A stretch of 63,269 nt of DNA, the filler included, from Octopus bimaculoides (Eukaryota): NCBI RefSeq assembly GCF_001194135.2. It is 5 parts of 5 records of this genome, joined end to end, with 100 filler letters (N's around TTAATTAATTAA, not from the genome) between each part and the next. Parts side by side here need not be neighbours in the genome. Positions count along the whole stretch, not along the records: positions 31,477 to 41,724 come from NC_068987.1; positions 41,825 to 61,022 come from NC_068984.1; 3 more parts are not named here. One strand, written 5' to 3'. A program made the translations under genes and the position numbers. The notes beneath the pieces are model-generated. The model was not told where the DNA came from, did no database searches, and worked only from the letters and a program-made list of their open reading frames with translations. This document shows, piece after piece, positions 38,733-49,331 of the stretch (the stretch's first letter is position 1; each line of letters starts with the position of its first letter).

Positions 38733-39770
38733 ATGTCGGAATTGAACCATTTATGGAAAAAACTATCCTGTTCCCAAAGTTCCTCTCTTCTAAAAGTACA
38801 TCTCAATACGGAAAAATTAGAAAATCTGAAATCCAAAAGGACTAAATTTGGAGGAACAATAAACGATTGTATCCGAGTAGGTTGCAAATATCCCAATATT
38901 TCTATTGGAATCTATGCGTGTGACCAACATGCCTACACAACATTTGCCGAAATTTTCGATCCGATTATCAAAGCATACCATAATATGACTGCTTTTACCC
39001 ACCCATCAGCAGATTATGGAGATCCGAATCTCCTTAATTTATTCGCTTTAGAATCTACAAAAGATAAAGTAATTTCTTCTAATATTAATGTCAGTCGAAA
39101 TTTCGATGGCTACCGTTACCATCCAATTCTTACCAAAGGCGATCGTTTAGACATTGAGAAATTAGCCGTGGAAGCTTTAACTAACCTAGAAGGAGATCTT
39201 ATGGGGCGCTATTTTTCGTATGTTGGTATTTCACCGGAAGATCGCAAAAATCTAATCAATGAGAACATATATTTCGACAATTCCAATAGACTAAAAAAGG
39301 CAGCGGGTTGTTACGATGATTGGCCAGCCGGTAGAGGTGTTTACTATAACTTGGATAAAAATTTGGTATGTTGGGTAAACGAAGAAGATCATCTACGTAT
39401 ATTCTGCTCCGAGAAAGGACCTCGGTTGGCTGATGCTTACAAGAAGTTGGTTCGGATGCTGCAGTCCCTTGAGAAAAAAGTTATGTTTGCTCAAGGTACT
39501 TCCGGTTATTTAAACTTTTGCTGTAGTAATTTAGGAATTGCTATGACCATAAGCTTAATTGTTAAACTTCCACGTCCAGATTTAAAACCGGATTCTTTAG
39601 AAATCTGTAAAAAATATTGCCTCGAATGCAAACCCATTCAAAATATGTCTTCGTATTGGATTTGTGAGATAGTAAATAAGCGGGTGATTGGAACAACGGA
39701 ATACGAAACAGTTAATTCTGTTGCAATGGGAACGGTGCGAATATTAAATATTGAAGACGACAATAAATAA
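38733..39770 (+). CDS. Intronless, divergent arginine-kinase-like (ATP:guanido phosphotransferase family) protein, 345 aa; probable pseudoenzyme
   Basis: Uninterrupted ORF alignable over its full length: SSLLKVHL, KRTKFGGTINDCIR, GIYACD, FDPIIKAYH, DWPAGRGVYYN, WVNEEDHLRI, FCCSNLG, NKRVIGTTEYE. AATAAA overlaps the stop. Confidence 0.92.
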   Translation: MSELNHLWKKLSCSQSSSLLKVHLNTEKLENLKSKRTKFGGTINDCIRVGCKYPNISIGIYACDQHAYTTFAEIFDPIIKAYHNMTAFTHPSADYGDPNLLNLFALESTKDKVISSNINVSRNFDGYRYHPILTKGDRLDIEKLAVEALTNLEGDLMGRYFSYVGISPEDRKNLINENIYFDNSNRLKKAAGCYDDWPAGRGVYYNLDKNLVCWVNEEDHLRIFCSEKGPRLADAYKKLVRMLQSLEKKVMFAQGTSGYLNFCCSNLGIAMTISLIVKLPRPDLKPDSLEICKKYCLECKPIQNMSSYWICEIVNKRVIGTTEYETVNSVAMGTVRILNIEDDNK

Positions 39771-39910
39771 ATTAAAACAAAACTGAGATATGAACGCGGA
39801 GAAAAATGATAAACTTACGGCAGATTTTTCTTTTAATTAAAAAAAAATCGACGTGATTGGAACGTTCTTCGAAATTTAGAACATTGCCAAATTACGTAAT
39901 ATTTGTATTA

Positions 39911-41724
39911 TCTTAATATATAAAACTGAAGTTGTGTGTCTGTGTGAAGCCTTTTAAAAAGTTTATAGAAATCCACATTTTCCACTTTTTCGTAAAAATA
40001 TTTACATCAATGGAATTTTCTCGATGTGAACTTTCCAGTGCAGTAATTAGATTTTTTAAATTCCGTTTACTTTGTGTGATTTAAGGGAGATTTGGCTGTT
40101 GTTTCTAGCAACTTTTATATTTCTTCCCTTCTACCTGGAACACCGTTCTTACGCACACGCTCAACATAAAAATATAAAGAGTAAGAGTAAAAGAGGGACA
40201 GGGAGAGAGAGAGAAAGTGATACATACAACGTCATAGATTAAACTTTCATCTCAGNNNNNNNNNNNNNNNNNNNNNNNNNNNNNNNNNNNNNNNNNNNNN
40301 NNNNNNNNNNNNNNNNNNNNNNNNNNNNNNNNNNNNNNNNNNNNNNNNNNNNNNNNNNNNNNNNNNNNNNNNNNNNNNNNNNNNNNNNNNNNNNNNNNNN
40401 NNNNNNNNNNNNNNNNNNNNNNNNNNNNNNNNNNNNNNNNNNNNNNNNNNNNNNNNNNNNNNNNNNNNNNNNNNNNNNNNNNNNNNNNNNNNNNNNNNNN
40501 NNNNNNNNNNNNNNNNNNNNNNNNNNNNNNNNNNNNNNNNNNNNNNNNNNNNNNNNNNNNNNNNNNNNNNNNNNNNNNNNNNNNNNNNNNNNNNNNNNNN
40601 NNNACAACTGCAGGTTATTTTTGAGAAGTGTTCCCCACTCGGTGGTGTTTCGGAGCAAGTCGTCCATATTTGTTTCATTTTTCTCTATTATGTGCTTATG
40701 TGCATCCTTAGATTTCTAATGAAGTAATAGGCAGTGAAGAGAAGCCGTCATAAGAAAACTTTTAACTAGCTCTATTCCTTTCTCTCCCTCTCTCGCTCTC
40801 TCAAACGCATATACGTGCAAGTACACAATCATTCAGTAAAATATAACGCATGTTCGTGAATGTTTTGTAAATATACCACGATTTTCACTAGGGTGTTAGA
40901 GTTAGGGCTTTAGGGTNNNNNNNNNNAGGGTTAGGGTTTTAGGGTTAGGGTTTTAGGGTTAGGGTTAGGGTTTTAGGGTCAGGGTTAGGGGTTAGGGTTT
41001 AGGGTTACAGTTAGGGTTAGGATTAGTGTTACGGTTACGGTTTTAGGGTCAGGGTTTTAGGGTTAGGGTTAGGGTTTAGGGTTAATATTAGGGTTAGTGT
41101 TAGGATTAGGGTTGGGTAATCGTGTGGGTGTTAATGTGAAAAATTACAGATATGTGAAAAGTACCGACCCAGCCATCTATTATATCTTTTGTTGTTCTGT
41201 TTAATATATACATAGATTATGCCTCCAAAGAAGAGAGTTTGCTGGGGAAAGAAAGCAACCGGTTTAAAATGACAGCAATAGACTGCAGCAATTCACCACA
41301 TTCCAGAAGCTACTTTGAACATAATGCAAAATGGTGCATCAACATCTTCTGCTCAATCTGATAGAATTCTAGCAAAACTGTGTATCAACAGATCGCCAGC
41401 AATTGCTTCATCACAAATTGCCGTCCTAGCTCCTGCTAAAAGGGATTACCCTGCTATATATAATCAGAGCAGCGCAAAAAGTTGTTTTGCACAAGCATTT
41501 CTATAGCCAATTAGACGGATGAAATTTACGTACGCTTAATAATGTTACGCAAAACAGCCTTCTGACTTTCCCTATTAATTTCATCGTCTTTTGAATTATG
41601 AACATATTTACATCATAAGGATTTTTTCGTTGTAAGGCTTTCTTTTTTAGTTGATTTTCCCCTATCAAGACTTATCGTAGATGGCGTAATAAGTCACACC
41701 CGGACAAGGTCGGGTTATACTGCT
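39911..41724 (+). mobile_element. Probable non-autonomous Helitron (5' A|TC, 3' hairpin, CTAG cut by gap)
   Basis: Starts A|TCTTAATATATAAAACTGAAGTTGTGTGTCTG. Decayed MPPKKR start at about 41219. Ends ACCCG-gacaaggt-CGGGT..ACTGCT[gap], similar to the 37118-37148 terminus. Confidence 0.45.
40889..41117 (+). repeat. Degenerate interstitial telomere-like (TTAGGG)n array
   Basis: TTAGGG with TTTTAGGG, TCAGGG, TTAGTG and TTACGG variants, about 230 bp including a short gap. Confidence 0.9.
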
Positions 41725-41930
41725 NNNNNNNNNNNNNNNNNNNNNNNNNNNNNNNNNNNNNNNNNNNNTTAATTAATTAANNNNNNNNNNNNNNNNNNNN
41801 NNNNNNNNNNNNNNNNNNNNNNNNTATATATATATATGTTAATTCTCTAAATGAAGTATTAACAGTAACTGCACGATAAAGTGTAGTATATTGCCACTTA
41901 AGTGTGGCTGACCCCTAGGGGTGGATGTTA

Positions 41931-42120
41931 CTGTTGCTTTTAGCCCCAGGAGGACATCTCCTCCGCTATCGGACGCCGACGAAGGGAAATAACCCTGAAA
42001 TCCGGATCCGTTCGTGCTGCAGATGTTGGTGAGAGGGATAACTACCCTTGGCAAACAGGACACAGTCGTGTGTCGATAAGCCAGCTGGAGGAGATGTCCT
42101 CCTGGGGCTAAAAGCAACAG
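41931..42120. repeat. Perfect 34-bp inverted repeat enclosing 122 bp
   Basis: 41931-41964 CTGTTGCTTTTAGCCCCAGGAGGACATCTCCTCC is the exact reverse complement of 42087-42120. Confidence 0.95.
41970..42014 (+). ncRNA. Minimal type-I hammerhead ribozyme-like motif (Penelope/retrozyme type) with U4>C core variant
   Basis: CGGACG (stem I) CCGACGA (core) AGGG-aaataa-CCCT (stem II) GAAA TCCGGA (palindromic stem III) TC CGTTCG (stem I'). Predicted cleavage after AUC at 42008. Confidence 0.72.
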
Positions 42121-43000
42121 GCTCATAATGTCTGGAGTGCGCGCGTGTGCAAATGTATATGCATCTGCATCTGAATGTGTATTCACATCATCGAGTTTTA
42201 ACTCGCGCGTCAAGCCGTAATTCTTTATTTCAAATACGTTACTTAGAGATTCGATAAATAAAGATCAATAAAATATGTAGCAGACTGAAACAAGTACTGA
42301 GGTCGATATTACAGACTAAAACCCTTAATATCGGTGCTGCAGTCCAATGATTGAAATTAGAAAAAAGAAAATTAGAATCAGAATTTCTTTCTGATATATT
42401 TGTCAATCAATATTCCATCGATTTATACAGTGAGCCGTAGATAAGCTTCTGCATAGCCGTATCTGCAACGCAGTTTTCCTTCTTAGGCCTTCAAAACAAA
42501 TCTGTATTTTACAGTAGGCTTGCCATTGAAGGAGCCTCCACGCAATTGTTTGCCTTGCTAGAAATAGCAGTAGAGTCTCTTTCAAATAAAACACTACAAT
42601 CTTTAAAAGAGAACGCTCGCTGGATAATATAGTTTTACATACTCTTAAAGTGAGATTGTCATAACTGGAATGTTTTTTTTTATTATAGGCCCTACTGAAT
42701 TTGAACTGATCTGGAAGTAAAAATTAGCTTTTCGTATTTTATTTTATCACACTAAACGCGACTTCACTTCCCAGAGATATATGTCAATATGTGAATAGGC
42801 GATCGTGCCTATTCATTTCTGAACTTCCTATTCTTCGGCATTGGTTTAAGTGAGCGGCATTAGTTCTTCGTTCGTTGTGATTTCCCTCCATCTTTTTTTT
42901 TTTTTTTTTGGCAAGAAGCCTGAAATATTCAATGGAAGAAAGATCGGAATATGTGACGTTCATAACTTTTTAAAGAGCATTAGAGGCATAAGAAAATGAA

Positions 43001-43363
43001 TTAGTTACAGTCGAAGATAGGAGTCAGAGCGCGAACTTTACTTTTAAATATATCGCTCATGCCTTCTGATTCATTAACTAAAACAATGTAAATGAGCCAC
43101 TCCCCAACACAAGACAGCCAAATCTGAAACAATAAATCTGAACAACATTCACCAGTCAATTTTACTACACCATTAACGAAGGAAGCTTTCATATTATGTA
43201 GTGCACCATCAATATCTATGACATTTATCATTTCTATATTACTGAATATTTTAAGTATCGATGTATTTGACCAACTCCCAGTGCTCTTTCTTTTTATGTA
43301 ACCTTTCCCAAAATATTTTAAAACCAAAAAATAAACCGTTGTAGAAGATTGACACTCCTCCAT
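43001..43363 (-). CDS. Uncharacterised intronless 120-aa ORF, possible retrocopy
   Basis: Non-repetitive ORF in AT-rich DNA, ACCATGG start context, A17 tract 91 nt after the stop. No confident family. Confidence 0.3.
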   Translation of the reverse strand: MEECQSSTTVYFLVLKYFGKGYIKRKSTGSWSNTSILKIFSNIEMINVIDIDGALHNMKASFVNGVVKLTGECCSDLLFQIWLSCVGEWLIYIVLVNESEGMSDIFKSKVRALTPIFDCN

Positions 43364-43764
43364 GGTTCATAAGTAATGGAGAGTAATATAAATTGATGAC
43401 CACTACCAATACAAAGTAGTAGTAAAATTATCGATTTCTTACATAGGCATAAAGCTACAACAGTAAAAGTTATTGATTATATTTTTATGGAAGCACAAGA
43501 TCTCAGATGAACAAGGGATAAGAAATGGCAATGTGTAATGTTTATACCATCTGAAAGCACATTAGGCATGTAAGGAAAATGAGATGATTATAACCGGGAA
43601 TCTGAACTGGTTCATGGTTTCCATTCGCCTCTATTCTCCGACGTTGTCATAGTAACAAGCAAAATTAATAATTTCATGTTTTTGAGGGGAGGGTGTTGAA
43701 AAGTCGTGATATATTTCAAGATCATTAAGAGTGCTAAATAAGTGTATATGAATCAACTGAGAAT

Positions 43765-44126
43765 GGAAAGTGGATTGCGAACTCGTACAAAAGTACAGCC
43801 GTCACTCGCAAGCGAGTATAACTTGGTAGCATGTACCATGTTTTCACTGTTTGTTTTAAGGACCATGTAGTCGTGAGGAGACACAGGCATCCTCTCAAAC
43901 TTCCCACCCTTGACCTAATGCAACATCCATTATGTGACTGTCGCAATGGAGGAGGGCTGCACCAGCGTTCGGCTGGCATATATTTTGCAGTTGAGTGAAC
44001 TGGGGCAATATGAAATGAAATGCTTTCATTAACGACACAAATATGCCGTCCACTCCAGAAAACGAACCCACAACCATACGATTGTGAGCCCAACACCCCA
44101 ACCATTAAGCCACGCGCATTCACGCA
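43765..44126 (-). mobile_element. tRNA-derived SINE (third family)
   Basis: Minus strand TGGCTTAATGG (A box) and GGTTCGTTTTC (degenerate B box), then a TTGCCCCAGTTCACTCAACTG body. Confidence 0.6.
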
Positions 44127-44663
44127 CTCGTACTACAGGGAGCTTATCTCTATTTTATTGCCATAATAACAATGAAAATTATTGATTTTTTTTTTTTTTT
44201 TTTTTTTTTTGAGAATGCACAAAATCACGTTTTTGTAGTGGAGTCTAAAGTCAATTTATCGACTCAGAAAGAATGAAAGTCAACTCCAATGAGATTTGAA
44301 TTTAGAAATATGAAATATGAAACTAAAGACAAAACGCATTTAAGTCTAGCTCTACTGTCTCGATCAAACATCTCAGTTATACTCAGAACTGTAATAATTA
44401 TTAAAACCAGTTACTGTCTCTGGGCCATTTTGTGAGCAGAAACAATTCTTTATATTTTTCCATACTGTAAGAGGTCAATGAACAAGAGTTTGTCTGTGAT
44501 TGTCAAAACCAATAAATTATTGATATATGTGATGTTTATGTGTGTTTTGAAAATGTGTATGGAATAGACAGATAGAAAGAAAGACATAGGAAGAGGGGAG
44601 TAAATGTAAAGAGCATGTGATACTTCGACGAGTTGGAATACGTTGTAATAATTGTTTATTATT

Positions 44664-44882
44664 AGGCGCCGAATTGGCAGAATCGTTACCACATCGGGCA
44701 AAATGCTTAGCGGCATTTTGTTCGTCTTTATGTTTTGAGTTCGAATTTCACCGAGGTCGACTATTCTTTTCATTCTTTCGGGATCGATAAAAGAAGTATC
44801 AGTTGAGTACTGGAATCGATGTAATCGACTTGCCCACTCCTCCGAAATTACTGGCCTTGTGCCAAAATTTGAAATCAGTATT
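44664..44882 (+). mobile_element. SINE family A copy
   Basis: Near-complete match to 46405-46618. Confidence 0.85.
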
Positions 44883-45531
44883 TATTTATCTAAAAATATA
44901 TGCCAAATTATGACTTATATATTTCAAATGTAGAGTACACCTTAAAAAAATTAGTTTTAACTTTGCAGTGAAAATCAAAATAGATACACTATATATATTT
45001 ATCTCTTCGTGTGCAGAAGAAATGGGGTAGATCTAATTAGTTCTTACTCTTCTTAGATCTTTATTAAAGAAAGAATACCCATCTATCTACGGAGAGATTA
45101 GCAGCTTGAAGTTATTATTAATAGAGCCAAACCAGAACTCAACTAAACTGTTCAGTGTAATTTGCATAATTGTACATGTGTTGCAAATGTATATCAATTA
45201 ATTCATAGTCTGCGTTGTCAGCACCTGTACAGCTATGCAAATTAAAGTGACTGGTTTAGTTGAGTCCTGGTTTGTATACATTATAAATATCTACCAGCTA
45301 CTTACTCTCTCTGTGGACAGGAGATGGTAATTCCTTCACTGATATCAGTCAAAGAAGACTGGAAACTACTAAAATCAATCCAATATTTTCTGTCCACTAA
45401 GAGACAAAAATTTGTGGAACATCCACTTTGGTTACTTTTCATAGCAAAGCTACAATTGTACAGTCCTTAAAAAAGGTATATCGTTTATTTCAAATTATCT
45501 AAAAATAGTATGTTGTGCGCTATGAAATAAT

Positions 45532-45688
45532 GATTTCAAATTTTGGCGCAAGGCCAGCAATTTTAGAGGATGCGTATGTCGATTACATCGGCCCCAGTAC
45601 TCAACTGGTACTTATTTTATCGACCCCGAAAGGATGAACGGCAAAGTTGACTTCCGCGGCATTTGACTTCAGAACGTAAAGATGGACA
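45532..45688 (-). mobile_element. SINE family A copy (3' two-thirds)
   Basis: Reverse complement of the family A body (GTCGATTACATC..GGTACTTATTTTATCGACCCCGAAAGGATGAA). Confidence 0.85.
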
Positions 45689-46404
45689 TGTGCGCTATGA
45701 AATGATAATAATAAATTATAACTTTATTAGAAAATCGATAAGAGCAGATTTTGTGAACTGGTTTAAATACCAAGTCGAAGCTACTTATGTTACCTATAAC
45801 TTTTGGAAATATATAGCATAAAGCTCCATTTCTTGTTCCTTGTTAAAAATTAAAGGACGCGCAGATAGACTACCGCACAATCAGCCGAGCGTTTGATATT
45901 TTACATTCTTTCGTTGGCACTGCTCTGATTTTGATAGCGTTCTCATTCTTTCGTTGACACTGCACTGATTTTGATAGTGTTCGCCAATTAATTTTACTAA
46001 TTATTTCCATTAAGGCCACGAACAAATTATCAGTACATACTTAGTTCACTAAACTTTATATTTCTATAAACTGTGTATTTCTTATTAGTTCTTTATTAGT
46101 ATTAAGTTTTATCCATTTTTGATCGAATTATCCTATGAATATCAGACGCGGAAACAAGGCATGAATTTCCTAGTGGGGAAGGGTAGATATTATTGGTGCA
46201 AGAAATTAATATTCCTTTGATCGCAACTCGGAACCGAACTGTTGGCTCCGATCATCACTAAATTATGCTTTAAAATGCAATCAGAAATCAATCCATTAAT
46301 AGCTAGAAGATGAGTGGAATGGGAAACGCTGTGACATTGTCAGTATTATTATTCCCGAATTTTGGTGGAGGGGGCCAGTCGATTACCATTATTGGTAACA
46401 TACA

Positions 46405-46618
46405 GGTGGCGAGCTATCAGAATCGTAAGCACGCCGAACAAAATGCTTAGCGACATTTCGCCCGTCTTTACGTTCTGAGTTCAAATTCCGCCGAGGTCAA
46501 CTTTGTCTTTCATCCTTTCAGAGTCGATAAAATAAGTACCACTTGATCACAAGGGTCGATGTAATCCAGTAGTCCCCTCCCCTCAAATTTCAGGCCTTGT
46601 GCATATAGTAGAAAGACT
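46405..46618 (+). mobile_element. SINE family A copy
   Basis: GGCGAGCT..AAAATGCTTAGCG..TTCAAATTCCGCCGAGGTC..GATAAAATAAGTACCA..GGCCTTGTGC. Confidence 0.88.
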
Positions 46619-47191
46619 AATTGATTAAACATAAAATAAAGCGAAACAATTGTAAAGGAGAATCGAAACATGATCGCAATTGTACCGGGCTGTGAATTTT
46701 ATCTAACGATAAGGCATCTAACCTTGGGTCAGTAAATCTTCAAAGACGACCTTTTCATTATTTATTTACTGATCTTATCCTAAATATTATCAACAGATGA
46801 CTTTATTTGTCCGTATTCTATATTTCTCTTTCATTATCTTGGTCATCAGAATTTAACCTGTTAAAAAACAAGTTTTTATTGTTAAGAAATAATGTCTCTC
46901 TCTTAGTGTAGGTTTGTTTAGATGCTGAATTTTTTTTAAATTTATTTTATTTTACCTTGAAATAAGTATTAGAATCTTTAAAAAAACTTTTCCACTATTG
47001 ATTTTTATCATTTAAATTTTCTTATGCACCAATTTACGTTTCTGATTAAAGTCGGATGTAGGTGGCATGAGGAGCGTAATACCATAACCAACTGCTTTTA
47101 TGCAATGTATCTTGACCACGTCAACGTAACGGAATATATCCCACAGCAAGCTTGGTGTGTAGTTTGAACTCAACACTGCAAGTCAAATAAA

Positions 47192-47566
47192 AGGCGCAGG
47201 CTTCCCAACCACATGGTTCCGGGTTCAGTCCCACAGCATGGCACCTTGGGCGAGTGTCTTCTACTAACCTCAAGCCGACCAAAGACTTGTGAGAGGATTT
47301 AGTAAACGGAAACTGAAAGAAGCCCGTCGTGTATATATACTTATGTATGCGTGTCTTTGTGTCTGTGTTTATCCTTCCATACAGCTGGTCAACCGGTGTT
47401 GGTGTGTTTGCGTCCCCGTAGCATAGCAGTTCGGCAAGAGACGGGTAGAATAAGTATCAGGCTTTAAAAAATAAGTACTGGGGGTCCATTCATTCGACTA
47501 AAAATTCTTCTAGGCAGTGCCCCAGCATGGTCGCAGTCTCACAACTGAAACGAACGAGAAATAAAA
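47192..47566 (+). mobile_element. SINE family B copy
   Basis: CCAACCACATGGTTCCGGGTTCAGTCCCAC..GGAAACTGAAAGAAGCCCGTCG..CCAGCATGG. Homologous to 15630-16028. Confidence 0.85.
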
Positions 47567-47779
47567 ACTAAAAACATATTGATCTTTACCATAATTAACT
47601 GTATCTACTCACAGTGTCTCTTTACATATGATAATTAATGCTACAGTTTCTGTGAAGCACTGATGACGATATTCATTCGTATCATTAAAAAAAAAAACAA
47701 AAAGAAAGAAATAAAGACCACATTGTTCCGTAATCCAACAGATAGTCGCAATGTTTTTCCGAGTACATGCAGCTACAAT

Positions 47780-47948
47780 ATTAACTTCGAAGTTTGAGGA
47801 AAGGCCAGAAATTTCAGGTGTAGGATTAAATCGATTGCAACGAACCCGGTGCTCAACTAGGTGGAATTTAAACTCAGAACGTAAAAGTGGACGAAATGCC
47901 GCTAAGCATTCCGCCCGGCGAGCTAAACGATTTTGCCAGCTCACCGCC
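47780..47948 (-). mobile_element. SINE family A copy
   Basis: AACTCAGAACGTAAA..GCCGCTAAGCATT..CGATTTTGCCAGCTCACCGCC. Confidence 0.8.
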
Positions 47949-48192
47949 TTATATATGGCCACAATATTAAATACTATTCCCTCATGAAGTTTCATTGTTG
48001 TTAAGATCTTTCGTTGAACTTTCCAATACTTCTTCAATTTACAACTTGAAAATGTATGTATGTATGTTCTGATTTTTATCTTTCACATTTTGCACCAATA
48101 GCAATAAGAGCTGCCTTTTAATACAGAAAGGTTGGAATTTAAGCATGAAGTAAGTATAAATATGTTATATGTATAAATGTGGTTAGGGTGTT

Positions 48193-48224
<32 letters not shown>

Positions 48225-48727
48225 TGAGAGAGGCAGGTAGGCATAAAACAAAATACAGTTATTGAGGTCATTTGACCAGTGGATATAAACATTTTGAAAA
48301 TCAATGAGAGTGGTGTTATTATGAATTACGGTTTCGAAATGCATGACTTCTCTCCCCAAGAAACGAAAAATGAAGTTTGCAAGAATCTTTACTCAACACA
48401 ACGATCTTTTCGACGCTGCTTGCATCTCTTCCTTACAGGTGGGATATTGCACAGCTAGTTGTGTTGCATCCGTCTTTGCAGGATGTATCTCGTCAGGTAT
48501 CACATTTTAAATAATATATTTCGTTACATATACTGAGTTTCGCTTGGTATGTTGTGGTCACCTGTAAGATATTGACTATAACCGTGGAATTCCTGACGTA
48601 GATCCAGTGACAATTATATCATAACCGTGAATGACATCAGGTAGCCTACACGGTCTAAGTGCTTTAATCGGCATGCTAATAGACATATACCTAAAGATCA
48701 AATAATTACTTGCGTGTGTGTGTGTGA

Positions 48728-48765
<38 letters not shown>

Positions 48766-49331
48766 TCAAAAGACCAACGAAACCTACCCGAGAAGTTTAT
48801 GGCAATGCATGACTTCTCTGTCCACGAGCACCACGAGTTACCAATCTGGCACCCCTTTTGTTCGTTATATTATTATCAGGCATAAGCAAAACTATTCAAC
48901 CGACCACATGAGATATGCAGACGACAGTAAATTAATGCTGCCGATCAAGACAAACATTCATATTTATGCGTGCCTATGAGGCCTAAATGCTATTATATTA
49001 CTGTATGAATGAAAATAATATCTTGTTCATTCCCCACATCATTCAGTGTCATCTGTTACGGAAGAAAGATATTCAACGGCAAGAAGTTTTACTTTACCCA
49101 AACAAAAAAAAAAAAAATTCAAACCCTGGACTATGCCGGCAGATTCATGTTACTCTAAACATATTAAATAAACTGTCAACATGTCGGCGTCTTAGTAGCT
49201 AGGTATCAAAAACATTTACTATGTGAGGCCAGACATTGTTATTGACATAATGAAAATATCTTGTTTTGAGCAGGTTGGCTGACGAAGACTTGCCAAGTCA
49301 CACAAAAAATTTCGAAATGTATTCATAGATA

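Noticed and set aside
37149-39910. Idea that the AK-like gene was captured inside a Helitron
   Set aside because: It lies after the CTAG end of the upstream Helitron and before the TC start of the downstream one, so it is outside both as delimited here.
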